From assembly GCA_964363045.1 (NCBI GenBank), contig CAYIGM010000002.1:1-52787 (forward strand): DNA of 52,787 bases, read 5' to 3'. This document shows, one piece after another, positions 1 through 9,970 of the stretch. Made by a program: the position numbers and the translations under genes. Below the pieces are notes generated by a model that saw only the letters and a list, made by a program, of their open reading frames with translations, ran no database searches and was not told the origin of the DNA. The stretch is from an uncultured Candidatus Saccharibacteria bacterium (GTDB lineage: Bacteria; Patescibacteriota; Minisyncoccia; GCA-002772825). The stretch's first letter is position 1, and each line of letters opens with the position of its first letter.

Positions 1-1
1 T

Positions 2-115
2 TCTACAGGAAATATGGCCGTGGGAGATATAATACGCTATCGCTTTCAAGCCTCGCCATTTATTATAATGTTTGCCGTATCAGGCATCTTCTTCTGCCTA
101 AAAAATAAAAAATGA
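2..115 (+). CDS. 3' end of an upstream ORF cut by the window edge (hydrophobic C-terminus ...IIMFAVSGIFFCLKNKK)
   Basis: Frame 2 is open from the window edge to TGA at 113-115. That TGA overlaps the ATG at 112-114 in an ATGA junction. No homology recognised. Confidence 0.3.
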   Translation, partial: STGNMAVGDIIRYRFQASPFIIMFAVSGIFFCLKNKK

Positions 116-1770
116 AAAAAGATTTTTTAACCTGGGTATTGATAATATTTATCATCATCATCGGCGTCTATCTTGCCATAAAAGCCACTAATGAAAATAG
201 CTGGGATGGCTGGGGCTTCGGCTCCGCTCAAACGATGATGAGCTTGAAACATTGGGTAAATGACGGCTGGGCAAATCATTATTTCCTGTTTATCCCGGCT
301 GGCTATTCAAAAACAACGCATTACTTTGACGACCCCAATCTGAAACAACACGGGTGGGTTGATGTGACCGGAAACAAAAACGAAAAACAAGCATATTACA
401 CTCATTATCCCTCCGGGTATCTATTTCCTCTTGGCTTTTTGATGGAAATTGGCTTTAAAAACCGATTTTGGTTCAGATTATTTCAAATTTTAATTTCTTT
501 AACCGGATTATTTCTATTGTATAAATTCTTTATTTCAATTACTGATAAAACTATCGCCTTTTCTGCCGTTCTATTTTATATGATATCTATCCCCTTTCTT
601 AACTTTGCCGATTCGCTTGCCAATATGCCCATTGATGATTTCTTGAGATTCCTAATATTGCTTCTCAGTATACTGGCCATCAAAAATATGAACGATGCTA
701 AAAAATACGCCATTTACAATATATGGATATGGATTTCCTATTTTATTCTGTCCGCATCTTCTTATGATTCAACTTTTTTTATTTTTTTCTGGCTGATAGG
801 ACTTGATGTTCTTATCGTAAAACATTTTTTATGGAAAAAATGGCTGATTTTTGCCAGTGCGCCAATATTAGCATTCAGTATTCAGATATTGCAGAATTCA
901 TGGTATCTGGGCTTTCCCGGCATGTTATCGGATTTCTTTGGCGCTTTTAACGCCATTTCCATTTCTTCAAGCCAAAATTCCCTAAAACAGCATTTTTTTC
1001 AAGGAGTATTATTCCCAATAACTGAAGCTTTTGCTTTTTCATTCCGCCTTCGCTACACTTTAATTTCTATTATCGTTATTTTCCTGACTCTTTTTAAATT
1101 GAAAAAAAATAAAAACATAAATAATCTTATTCCCAATGCTTATAAATACGCCATGCTTCTTGGCGGAGCCGGTTTCTTTCAGGCTCTTATACTCACGGAT
1201 AATCATCCCTACAAAGGGCGCTTACTGGGAATATTGACGGCTTTTTTATCGGGGATTTTTATTTTTGCAATTTATCGGCTCATAAAAAACAAATCTACGC
1301 ATAGAATTTTTATTCTAATCTTAATCTTTTTAAGTGTCTTTATATGGTCACTTCAAGCCAAGAGGACATTCGCTTATATAAGACAATGGCCAAATAACAC
1401 TTACAGCAAAGAAAAAATAGATTTCGCCAATGAATTAAGAAGTTCACTCAATTCTTTTATCTCAAAAGATGCCGTAATGTTTACCATGTTCGCTCCGGAA
1501 TCTTACGGCGAATCAATCACGCCGACAATGGCGCGTTATTATGATATGTATTACCACAATATGCCTATTTTATATTTTGATAATCCAAAAGATATTATCA
1601 GAGATTTCACTTATTTAAAACAAATATCAAAATATCCGTTCTCAGCCGTTATAATAACACCAGATAAAGAGGAAGCGGAAAATCTTCTCAATTTACTGAA
1701 ACAAAATTCTGAAAAATTGTCTTCTAAAATAATGAAAATCCAAAACAAAACAATATTAATTATCCCCTAA
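112..1770 (+). CDS. Polytopic membrane protein, paralog A of an unassigned family (candidate GT-C-like glycosyltransferase or polymerase)
   Basis: 552-aa ORF with many hydrophobic segments. Shares the blocks WD(G/D)WGFGSAQTMMS.KHWVNDG, YYTHYP.GYL, ADSLAN.P.DD..RFLIL, SSYDSTFFIF.WL.GLD and KQWPNN with ORF 3346-4974. Confidence 0.75.
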   Translation: MKKDFLTWVLIIFIIIIGVYLAIKATNENSWDGWGFGSAQTMMSLKHWVNDGWANHYFLFIPAGYSKTTHYFDDPNLKQHGWVDVTGNKNEKQAYYTHYPSGYLFPLGFLMEIGFKNRFWFRLFQILISLTGLFLLYKFFISITDKTIAFSAVLFYMISIPFLNFADSLANMPIDDFLRFLILLLSILAIKNMNDAKKYAIYNIWIWISYFILSASSYDSTFFIFFWLIGLDVLIVKHFLWKKWLIFASAPILAFSIQILQNSWYLGFPGMLSDFFGAFNAISISSSQNSLKQHFFQGVLFPITEAFAFSFRLRYTLISIIVIFLTLFKLKKNKNINNLIPNAYKYAMLLGGAGFFQALILTDNHPYKGRLLGILTAFLSGIFIFAIYRLIKNKSTHRIFILILIFLSVFIWSLQAKRTFAYIRQWPNNTYSKEKIDFANELRSSLNSFISKDAVMFTMFAPESYGESITPTMARYYDMYYHNMPILYFDNPKDIIRDFTYLKQISKYPFSAVIITPDKEEAENLLNLLKQNSEKLSSKIMKIQNKTILIIP

Positions 1771-1772
1771 AA

Positions 1773-3374
1773 TTATTTCTCAACTTTATATACAACATTT
1801 TCTCCGTCAGCCGTTTCTTCAACCAATTCATACTTAAGAGACAACTTATCCTTTAAGCCGAGAAAGCATTCTCGAGAACATTTAAAAGCGTAAGCGTAGG
1901 ATGATAAAAAGATATAATTCGGAACTAATTCCGCGTTGCCAGCTCCTGAAAATTTAGAATAGCAATTTGAAGCATCTATATTCAGAAGCCCCTCCGGAAG
2001 ACAAGAACCGATTGACCAGGCATCTGTTTTGAAAGAAACCGTATTAGGAGTAATATTGGTAAAAAAAGTTTTATTTCTATAATTTTCAAGCATTGCCAAT
2101 ATATCCGATAATTTCTTATCATTGCTGAAATTGCCGGCCCATATAAAATATTTCCATCCGATAATAACAATCGCCAACAGCATTATGATTTTAAAAATAA
2201 AATTTTCCAAAAGAAAAATGTAAAAATCTTTATCGTGTTTTATTTTTTCAATCAAACCGTAAAATAAATCACCGACGGCCATTCCCAGAAAAATAACCAG
2301 AAAAGCGTAAAAAAATAAAGGATGATTGCCAATAGTCGGCAAGAAGACAATCTGCCATATAAAAACGGCCAAAAACAGAGGAATTATAAATTTTCTGTTT
2401 TTATAAATACAGCCTCGCCTGAAAATATAAAGAATAAAAGTAAAAATACCGCCTACGGCCAGTGGTATTTTAAACAAATAAAAAGGCCTGATGGCTCCTA
2501 ATAGATAACTGACCATTGGCGCCCGTTCGTTAGAACCCCACAAAACCATATTATGCGCCTGATAGAAATTTAAAAGTTCCTTTCTGGGAGGTATGCTGAA
2601 AAATCTATTTTGCGCCGTAAGCCATATATCCTGCAAAGCGATACTCGGCGTTAAGGCTGACATATTTTGCATTATATGGATAATTGCTCCGACAGAAACA
2701 GAAAGAAAGCAAAAAAAGAATAATCTCATATTTTTTTCAAAAATACCGAATAATAATTCCGAAATCAGCATAAAGCCGGCAAGCATATAATTCGCAAACG
2801 AAGCGATAAAAAATATAAGCGGCACAATAAAATATCTCTTCGGCATATTGCCATATCTAACCCACAAATAACCGAATAATATTGGAAAACTGAGAGAATA
2901 TTGATTATGGTCAACGAGACTTAAAAATCCGCTGAAATTAACAATTAAAAAGATTGAAGAAAAAACGGCGGCAGGCAAAGAGACCGATTCGCTCAAAAAT
3001 AAAAATAAAAAAGCGACTCCGCTTAAAGAAATCAATGAATAAAAAATTCTTGACTGAAAAACATTAAACCCTATTTTTATAAGAAACCCTTGAACAGCCG
3101 ATGGTAAAGACGGATTATGTGTATAAAATATAGGCTGTGAGTTTTTTTCAAAATCAGTTGAATAATCAGGAAGAAAAAAAAGTTTGACAAATCCTTTCAG
3201 CGCAAAATTCCTTCCGGCATTATACTCCAAAATAAAATCCTCTTGAGTGCCACCTGAAGCTAAAGAAATATCTTTATAAGAAAATACGAAATTAAAAATA
3301 TAAAAAATCCCGAAAATCAGAACGAGAATTAAAAACAAATTTTTTTTATTTAATATAGATTTCGCCATAAGCAT
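1773..3374 (-). CDS. Polytopic membrane protein, distant relative of the 112-1770 / 3346-4974 family
   Basis: 533-aa ORF, highly hydrophobic. FYTHNPSLPSAVQGFLIKIGF...SLISLSG parallels YYTHYPSGYLFPLGFLMEIGF...ILISLTG of the paralogs. Its stop is 2 nt from the convergent stop of ORF 112-1770. Confidence 0.7.
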   Translation of the reverse strand: MLMAKSILNKKNLFLILVLIFGIFYIFNFVFSYKDISLASGGTQEDFILEYNAGRNFALKGFVKLFFLPDYSTDFEKNSQPIFYTHNPSLPSAVQGFLIKIGFNVFQSRIFYSLISLSGVAFLFLFLSESVSLPAAVFSSIFLIVNFSGFLSLVDHNQYSLSFPILFGYLWVRYGNMPKRYFIVPLIFFIASFANYMLAGFMLISELLFGIFEKNMRLFFFCFLSVSVGAIIHIMQNMSALTPSIALQDIWLTAQNRFFSIPPRKELLNFYQAHNMVLWGSNERAPMVSYLLGAIRPFYLFKIPLAVGGIFTFILYIFRRGCIYKNRKFIIPLFLAVFIWQIVFLPTIGNHPLFFYAFLVIFLGMAVGDLFYGLIEKIKHDKDFYIFLLENFIFKIIMLLAIVIIGWKYFIWAGNFSNDKKLSDILAMLENYRNKTFFTNITPNTVSFKTDAWSIGSCLPEGLLNIDASNCYSKFSGAGNAELVPNYIFLSSYAYAFKCSRECFLGLKDKLSLKYELVEETADGENVVYKVEK

Positions 3375-4974
3375 TGTCGGTTAAAAATTCTCTTATAATT
3401 TTTACCTCTTGGTCATTGGCAATAATAATCGGCAAAAACGGATACTGGGAATGATTTTTCAATTTTATCAAATCATCCGCCAAATCTTTTTCATTTTTAA
3501 AAGATAAAATCGGCATACCGGAATAATATTCCGAAAATGGATCTGCTTGAGGATAACGATACGAACCGGCTTCATCCATCCTGAATACCACACCATCACG
3601 GCCTTGAGCCGCAGATTTCATATCTTGTCCGAATTTTATAATTTTTTCATCAACGGCATTATTCGGCCATTGTTTAACATACGCATAAGTTCTCTCCGCT
3701 TGCTTAAACCAAAGCAAACTGATTAAAATTAAAAACGCCACTCCACCCGCTTGGAAGCTTAGCTTCCAAGCGGGAAATTTTTTTATATTTTTTAAAATTA
3801 AATAAATTAAAACTGTTGAGGACGCCAAAAGCAAAGAAATAAATGGCGCCGCCTGCCTTGCCTGGTATGGGAAATAACCGGACGAAACGAGAATAAAAGG
3901 ATAAGCAAAACCGGAAACAGCTAAAAGCCCCAGAATTTCATTTTTTGGAAAACAATAAAAATTTTCAACCGCGCGCTTTTTTAAAACAGCAAACGCGGTG
4001 AATAAAATTACGATAATAGGAATAATAAACCGCGCGCGCAAATCTGTCATATATACCCACGGCGAGAAAATCGCTCTTGTGTGCTTCTCTAAAATACCCG
4101 ACCCGGGTCCGGTATTGGCACGCGCCCGAAAGGAACCATAAATATCAAACAAAGCGTCGTGAATCCCCAAATACCATAAATTCTGCAAAAGCTGAACAAA
4201 AAACGCCAAGACGGGCGCCATGGCAAAAATCAACCATCTTTTCCATAAAAATTTTCTTGTCATTATAAGATCAAGACCGACCAGCCAAACAAAGATAAAG
4301 AAAGTAGAATCGTACGAAGAACTGGCAAGGGTAAAATATAAAAACCAGATAAGAATATTATAAAATCTCTTCTTCTTATCATCAGAAACTCTATATACCC
4401 ATATACTTAAAAATAAAATTAAAAATCTAAATAAATCATCTACGGGCTGATTGGCTAAAGAATCCGCTATTCCTAAAAACATCGTCGAACTGGCATAATA
4501 CAAGACCGACAGAAAAGCGATTGTTCGCGTTGAAACAAGCGCAAATGCCACGTACATAAACGACAACCCGGCAAGTGATATTATTATCGCCAAAAATCTA
4601 AACCAGAATCTCGCGGAAACCCCGATTTTCATTAAAATTGCATACGGCAAAAGATAGCCGGCCGGGTAATGAGTATAATAAAGTCTGTTTCCAATAAGCT
4701 CGCCGGTTCGTATGCCATGAGCGTGTTGCCTCAAGTCCGGTTCATCAAAATAACGAACCGCTTTTGAATAACCAGTCGGTATAAAAAGAAACTTACTGTA
4801 AATAAATCCGTCATTCACCCAATGTTTGGAGCTCATCATCGTCTGCGCCGAACCAAAGCCCCAATCATCCCAAACATTTTCAGGTAAAGCCTTAACACCA
4901 AGATAAATAGCCAATATTAAAATAAAAATAATAAATAAAAAATGTGGTTTTAAAATTTGCCAGATTCGTCTCAT
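3346..4974 (-). CDS. Polytopic membrane protein, paralog B of the family
   Basis: 542-aa ORF. More than half of the N-terminal ~280 residues match ORF 112-1770 by eye. Its start overlaps the stop of the upstream GT by 4 nt. Confidence 0.75.
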   Translation of the reverse strand: MRRIWQILKPHFLFIIFILILAIYLGVKALPENVWDDWGFGSAQTMMSSKHWVNDGFIYSKFLFIPTGYSKAVRYFDEPDLRQHAHGIRTGELIGNRLYYTHYPAGYLLPYAILMKIGVSARFWFRFLAIIISLAGLSFMYVAFALVSTRTIAFLSVLYYASSTMFLGIADSLANQPVDDLFRFLILFLSIWVYRVSDDKKKRFYNILIWFLYFTLASSSYDSTFFIFVWLVGLDLIMTRKFLWKRWLIFAMAPVLAFFVQLLQNLWYLGIHDALFDIYGSFRARANTGPGSGILEKHTRAIFSPWVYMTDLRARFIIPIIVILFTAFAVLKKRAVENFYCFPKNEILGLLAVSGFAYPFILVSSGYFPYQARQAAPFISLLLASSTVLIYLILKNIKKFPAWKLSFQAGGVAFLILISLLWFKQAERTYAYVKQWPNNAVDEKIIKFGQDMKSAAQGRDGVVFRMDEAGSYRYPQADPFSEYYSGMPILSFKNEKDLADDLIKLKNHSQYPFLPIIIANDQEVKIIREFLTDNAYGEIYIK

Positions 4975-6053
4975 ATTTTCTTAAATAATTCAATAAATTT
5001 TTCCGCGCAATTTTCCCAAGAAAAATCACCGGCTCTCAAATCAGCCTTATTTACCAGCTCGTCTCTTAATTTTTCATCAAAAACCATCTTAGCCATAGCG
5101 GTAGCAATATCCTCGGGGTTTTTCGGGTCAACTAAAAGCGCGGCCCCGCCGGCCACTTCAGATAAAGAACTCCTGTCGGAAGTGATAACCGGCAAACCGC
5201 AAGCCATCGCCTCAAGCACGGGCATGCCAAAACCTTCAATCAAGCTTGGAAAAACGAGAGCTGACGCATTTTTATAAAGAAAAGAGAGTTGATTGTCACT
5301 GACAAATCCTAAAAAAATCACATCTTCTTTTAAATTATTTTCTTCAATAAAGCGTAATATCTCTCTATAATAAACATTATTGCCATTACCCGCGACAACA
5401 AATTTAAAATCGGATTCATTCTTTTTTTTGAATTCATAAAATCCCTTTATAATATTCAGAAGATTCTTCCTTTCTTTAATCACGCCGACATAAAGAAAAA
5501 AATTTAAAGGAACGGCAATCTTTTCCGACGGCAAAACGCATATTTTACTGAACCCGGGATATATCACCTCTATCTTCTTATGTGGAATATCAAACAATCT
5601 TATAATATCTTTCTTTGTCGCTTCAGAAATAGAGACAATATTATCCTCCCGCCTTAAAGCCAAGCCATTCATCTTATACAATAAAAAATTATTTATTCTG
5701 TTTCTAAAGCCTTCCGGCTTAAAATAAAGATAAGCAAAATCAAGAGCAACCACAATGGATTTCTTAGGGTGAAAAAAAATCGGCATAACAGGGGTATTAA
5801 AAATATAAATATCAGCTTTGGGCGCGAACAAAAGCCCTATCTCCATCCAGAATCTCCCGAAACCCAAAATTTCAATTCTCCAATTTGATGTCGTAAATTC
5901 CGGCATTATTTTGTGATTCTTTTTTAGATAGACTATATACTCATTTTCTTTATCGTTTTCAATAAGATATCTCGTCAAATCAAAAATATAACGGCCTAGT
6001 CCGGCTGGCTTCCCTTCTCCGTATGGGTGCAAGATTATACCTATTTTTGCCAT
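4971..6053 (-). CDS. Glycosyltransferase, GT4 (GT-B fold) family
   Basis: C-terminal EGFGMPVLEAMACGLPVITSD...LVDP motif (E-x7-E type) typical of family 1/4 glycosyltransferases. Confidence 0.85.
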   Translation of the reverse strand: MAKIGIILHPYGEGKPAGLGRYIFDLTRYLIENDKENEYIVYLKKNHKIMPEFTTSNWRIEILGFGRFWMEIGLLFAPKADIYIFNTPVMPIFFHPKKSIVVALDFAYLYFKPEGFRNRINNFLLYKMNGLALRREDNIVSISEATKKDIIRLFDIPHKKIEVIYPGFSKICVLPSEKIAVPLNFFLYVGVIKERKNLLNIIKGFYEFKKKNESDFKFVVAGNGNNVYYREILRFIEENNLKEDVIFLGFVSDNQLSFLYKNASALVFPSLIEGFGMPVLEAMACGLPVITSDRSSLSEVAGGAALLVDPKNPEDIATAMAKMVFDEKLRDELVNKADLRAGDFSWENCAEKFIELFKKI

Positions 6054-6056
6054 ATA

Positions 6057-6659
6057 TTATTTTTTAATTTCCAATTCCCAAATTAATAATTTTACCGGCA
6101 AAAACAAAGAAAGATATTGGTCATAAAATTTTGAATATCTATAAATAAATTTTTTAAAAATTCTCACAAAAAAATTATCTGAATCCTGCGGCCACCCATA
6201 CCAAAATCCCATTTTTTCAAATTTATTGTCAGTATAACCATAATCGGCAAGCGAACTTTTTTTATTTAAAAAATAATCAAGCGAACTTGCCGTGAAAAAA
6301 TGTTTATGTGTGGGGTCTATAAAAGCGTCAATTGAACGAAAATAAGGAACGGCTATAACCGCCCGCGAGCCGTTTCGGCCTATTCGCCAAACTTCATTAA
6401 GAAAATCAACAATATTATCTATGTGTTCCAAAACATTATGCGCGAAAATCAAATCAATGCTATTATCTTCAAAAGGCCATAACACAGAATCTAAATCGCA
6501 TACGATATCAACTGCCGGCATTTTTAGCTTATCAACGCCTACCGCCCCCTTAAGTTTAGAATTACCGCAACCTAAATGCAGGACATCTTTACCAGAAAAA
6601 ATATCTTCTTTGGTAATGCCTTTTTTAGTATAAATTTTCAAGGTGAAACTTTTTTTCAT
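6057..6659 (-). CDS. Class I SAM-dependent methyltransferase
   Basis: VLHLGCGNSKL glycine-rich SAM motif, DLIFAHNVLEHI and GSRAVIAVP blocks (Methyltransf_11/23-like). Confidence 0.75.
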   Translation of the reverse strand: MKKSFTLKIYTKKGITKEDIFSGKDVLHLGCGNSKLKGAVGVDKLKMPAVDIVCDLDSVLWPFEDNSIDLIFAHNVLEHIDNIVDFLNEVWRIGRNGSRAVIAVPYFRSIDAFIDPTHKHFFTASSLDYFLNKKSSLADYGYTDNKFEKMGFWYGWPQDSDNFFVRIFKKFIYRYSKFYDQYLSLFLPVKLLIWELEIKK

Positions 6660-6663
6660 AATC

Positions 6664-7803
6664 TTATAAATCTCGCGTATCCATTTTGATAAATTTTATA
6701 ATGCTACCGGCTCTTTTGTTCCAGGAATAATTTTTTGAATAACTATGCGCTTTTTCCGCTTTATCTTGGGATTCTTTTTTATTTTCCAAGACAAATTTTA
6801 TTTTTTCCGCCAATTTTTCCGCATTGTCCGGTTCCACCAAAAAAGCATTTTCTTCATTCAAAATATCCAAAAAAGACGGCAGTTTGGGGGCGATAATGGG
6901 CCTGCCTGATGCCATATATTCAAAAAGTTTCAAAGGCGAAGTGTAATACTTTGAAATATCGCTTTTAGCGGTGCCTGTCAAAATAAGAATATCCGCTGAT
7001 TTAAGCCATAAAGGAATTTCTTTATACGGCCTCAAGCCGATAAATTTCATATTTTTAAAATTATATTCCTCTTGGCTTGACTCGCCGACTAAATACAAAC
7101 AAATATCGTCTCTCAAAGATTTTCCGGCCTCAATAAGGGTATTGACTCCTTTCCACTTTAAAAAACTGCCGGCATAAACAATAATTTTCTTATCAAGTGG
7201 TAAGCCCAATTTTTTTCTGGCCTCTTGTTTTTCAATATTTATATCAAAATCCTTCAGGCAAACACCGTCCGGAACATATAAAATTTTATTTTTAGAGATA
7301 TTATATTTAACGAAAAGTTCATCTCTGTAATTTTTTGTAACCACAATAATGCCTTTTACTTTTTCAAAAGCTTTTTTATACCAATCAAAATTACCCGGCT
7401 TTATGTGCGTCTCCCAAAAAATGGGCTTTTTCAAAAAAAATGAAAGCGGAACAACCATTTCTCCTCTTGTGTAAACTGAATAATCACCGTCTTTTGCCAA
7501 AAAATAAAAAAACAACGAAACAGAAAAAGTAAAAACCTCAAGAAAAAACACCAACGGAATACCGACAAACATCAAGTCTATAGCGGGTAATTTTTTAATT
7601 TTAAAGACAGGCTCAATATTATAATAAGAAAAAGGATCATCTTTAATAGAATTAAATCTCCACGGCAAAATAAGGGTCAAATCGGCCCCCTCCTTGGCCA
7701 AAGCTTCGCACATCTTCAATATTTGCACCCCGTGAGCTTTCTGCGTAGGAATACGGGCATTTGCCACATAAAAAATCTTAAATTTTTTCTCCAAACCGGC
7801 CAT
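6664..7803 (-). CDS. Glycosyltransferase, GT4 family
   Basis: SPLKLFEYMASGRPIIAP motif. The ORF track starts at TTG 7806, but ATG 7803 overlaps the upstream TGA (TGATG junction), so ATG is preferred. Confidence 0.8.
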   Translation of the reverse strand: MAGLEKKFKIFYVANARIPTQKAHGVQILKMCEALAKEGADLTLILPWRFNSIKDDPFSYYNIEPVFKIKKLPAIDLMFVGIPLVFFLEVFTFSVSLFFYFLAKDGDYSVYTRGEMVVPLSFFLKKPIFWETHIKPGNFDWYKKAFEKVKGIIVVTKNYRDELFVKYNISKNKILYVPDGVCLKDFDINIEKQEARKKLGLPLDKKIIVYAGSFLKWKGVNTLIEAGKSLRDDICLYLVGESSQEEYNFKNMKFIGLRPYKEIPLWLKSADILILTGTAKSDISKYYTSPLKLFEYMASGRPIIAPKLPSFLDILNEENAFLVEPDNAEKLAEKIKFVLENKKESQDKAEKAHSYSKNYSWNKRAGSIIKFIKMDTRDL

Positions 7804-9194
7804 CAATCAATTTTAACCTGATTTGATAAATTTCCCAAACCCATTATAAAATTCCATATTTCCGCAATCGCCAGCGTAAAAAATACTATAAGCAACGGCT
7901 CAATCGGTATTCTAAATCTTGCGTGCCCTTCAAATCCGACAATCAACGAAAAATACGCCATTGTCAAAATTGCAAAAATTCCAACAATAAAATTTCTTCT
8001 TAAATATCCCAACGCCCACAAAATCCCCAACCCCGATTTTAATGCGGTCAAAAAATAACTTACAAAGAAAAAAATTATAAAGAGTATCCCTGATTCAAGA
8101 ACAGATTCCCATAAACCGTTAAAATCAAGAGCGAAAACTTTTTGGGCTATATTGATATTAGGCAATTTTAAATCAAACGCCTCACGCAAAGTAAGCAACA
8201 TTCCATTATTCAAAAAATAGACAGGGGTTGCCGAAATATGAAAAAAAGCATAACTCAAAGGATGCGCTAAAATCTTCTCCTTAGCCAGACGCGCGAGTTC
8301 TGTTGAAGCTGTTATATTATACATTGCGTCTTTGCCGTATTTTTCTTCAATATATTTTAAAATTTCGCTATTTTTCTCATCCCGAGAGACGCCGTCTTTA
8401 TACGCCTGCCATGGCCCGAAATAACTTACATACATATGATATCTTCCCACGGAAGACAAAAATAATTCCCCGAAATGAATCTCATTGCGTATCAGCCAAG
8501 GCGACAAAACAAAAACAAATGCCGCAATCATTAAAACAGACATCATAAATCTTTTCTTAATTTCTTCTTTAAAAAACAATAAGAGAACAAAAATCGGAAT
8601 AATTATAAAAAACTGGGTTACCGGGCGCGTAAGAACAGATAGGCCTAAAAAAGCTCCGACTAAAACAACATTTTTAAAATTAAAATTTATCTCCTTTGAT
8701 ATAATTTTCAAAAACAATAAAACAAACAGGCTAAAAAAGAAAGTAAAAAGAATATCAGCCATTGCCATGCTTGAAAGATAGGCTTTGTAAGGAAGACAGG
8801 CAAAAATTATTCCTGAAAAAACAGCTATATTAAGACGGTGAGTTATCGTCATCGCTATTTCAAAAACAATAATTGCCGTAAGGGCGCTTATTAATATATT
8901 AAGCAATGTGGCTAAAATAAAACCGCCGGTAAGAAGATAGCTGACAGTCAAAAAGAACGGGAAAAGCGGAGTTCGCGCTGAATCAGTAATATAAGGCGCT
9001 GATTGAGACAAAGAAAAAGAATGGCGCTCCGCCAGATTTATGGCAATACGGCCGTATTCCGCCTGATCAGTCCCCTGAACAAGCGGATTAAAAAATTGTT
9101 GTCCGCGCGAAAAATACAGATAAAAAAACATCAATAGATTCGCAATAAGCGCCACTGCAAATAAAATAATTTTTATTTTATTATTTTTTTTCAT
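7803..9194 (-). CDS. GT-C fold membrane glycosyltransferase, ArnT/PMT_2 (GT39/83)-like
   Basis: 463 aa with many TM segments. GTDQAEYGRIAINLAE in the first loop after TM1 resembles the acidic loop of ArnT/PMT-type enzymes. Confidence 0.65.
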   Translation of the reverse strand: MKKNNKIKIILFAVALIANLLMFFYLYFSRGQQFFNPLVQGTDQAEYGRIAINLAERHSFSLSQSAPYITDSARTPLFPFFLTVSYLLTGGFILATLLNILISALTAIIVFEIAMTITHRLNIAVFSGIIFACLPYKAYLSSMAMADILFTFFFSLFVLLFLKIISKEINFNFKNVVLVGAFLGLSVLTRPVTQFFIIIPIFVLLLFFKEEIKKRFMMSVLMIAAFVFVLSPWLIRNEIHFGELFLSSVGRYHMYVSYFGPWQAYKDGVSRDEKNSEILKYIEEKYGKDAMYNITASTELARLAKEKILAHPLSYAFFHISATPVYFLNNGMLLTLREAFDLKLPNINIAQKVFALDFNGLWESVLESGILFIIFFFVSYFLTALKSGLGILWALGYLRRNFIVGIFAILTMAYFSLIVGFEGHARFRIPIEPLLIVFFTLAIAEIWNFIMGLGNLSNQVKID

Positions 9195-9970
9195 ATAATT
9201 TTTTTAATAAAATTATAAAAAACGACGCTAAAACCGAGCTTGCCTTTAAATTCAGCTAAACCGCAATTCTTATGTATAAAATTCCGCTTAAGCTTAAAAA
9301 TATCGTCATTTTGACCCGCCAAACCTTCATTTACTGTCACCGCCCCCAGAAATCCATCCTTTTTCAAAAATTCAATCTGATTTTCATTATAACTCCCTTT
9401 TGGATAAGCAAAAACAAACAGCGACTTAGAAATATTATGATTTATAATTTCTTTAGACATTTTAACTTCCCGGTAAAAATCTTTATCATCCATATCAGCC
9501 ATCTTGCGCGGATGAGTATGCGAATGAAACCCGAAATCAATAAGTCCGGAATTTTCCATCTCTTTAATCTCCCGCCAATTTAAAATATCCAGGCCATTGA
9601 ATTTCCCTCCAATATAAAAAGTGGAAAGAAAAACAGTGGCTGGAAAATTATTTTCTTGAAGAACGGAAAAGGCCTCGGAATAATTATCCTTATACCCGTC
9701 ATCAAAAGTTATCACTACTGTTTTTGACGAAATTTTTTCTTTATTTTTTATCTTTTCTATAATATCCGCGAGTTTTGCGACTTTATAATTCTTATCCTTC
9801 AAATACCTCATTTGACGCGCAAAATTATCCGGCGCGACATTAAACAAAAAATCATTTTTGCCGATTGAATGATACATCAAAATAGAAGCTCCGGGAGGAT
9901 TTATAAAATAAAATAAAATATTCATTAAAGAATAAATCCATTCTTTAATTTTATTATTCCTCAAGAACAT
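9191..9970 (-). CDS. Polysaccharide deacetylase (NodB homology domain, CE4)
   Basis: VVITFDDGYKDNY (TFDDG motif) and HSHTHP metal-binding motif. Confidence 0.8.
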   Translation of the reverse strand: MFLRNNKIKEWIYSLMNILFYFINPPGASILMYHSIGKNDFLFNVAPDNFARQMRYLKDKNYKVAKLADIIEKIKNKEKISSKTVVITFDDGYKDNYSEAFSVLQENNFPATVFLSTFYIGGKFNGLDILNWREIKEMENSGLIDFGFHSHTHPRKMADMDDKDFYREVKMSKEIINHNISKSLFVFAYPKGSYNENQIEFLKKDGFLGAVTVNEGLAGQNDDIFKLKRNFIHKNCGLAEFKGKLGFSVVFYNFIKKII

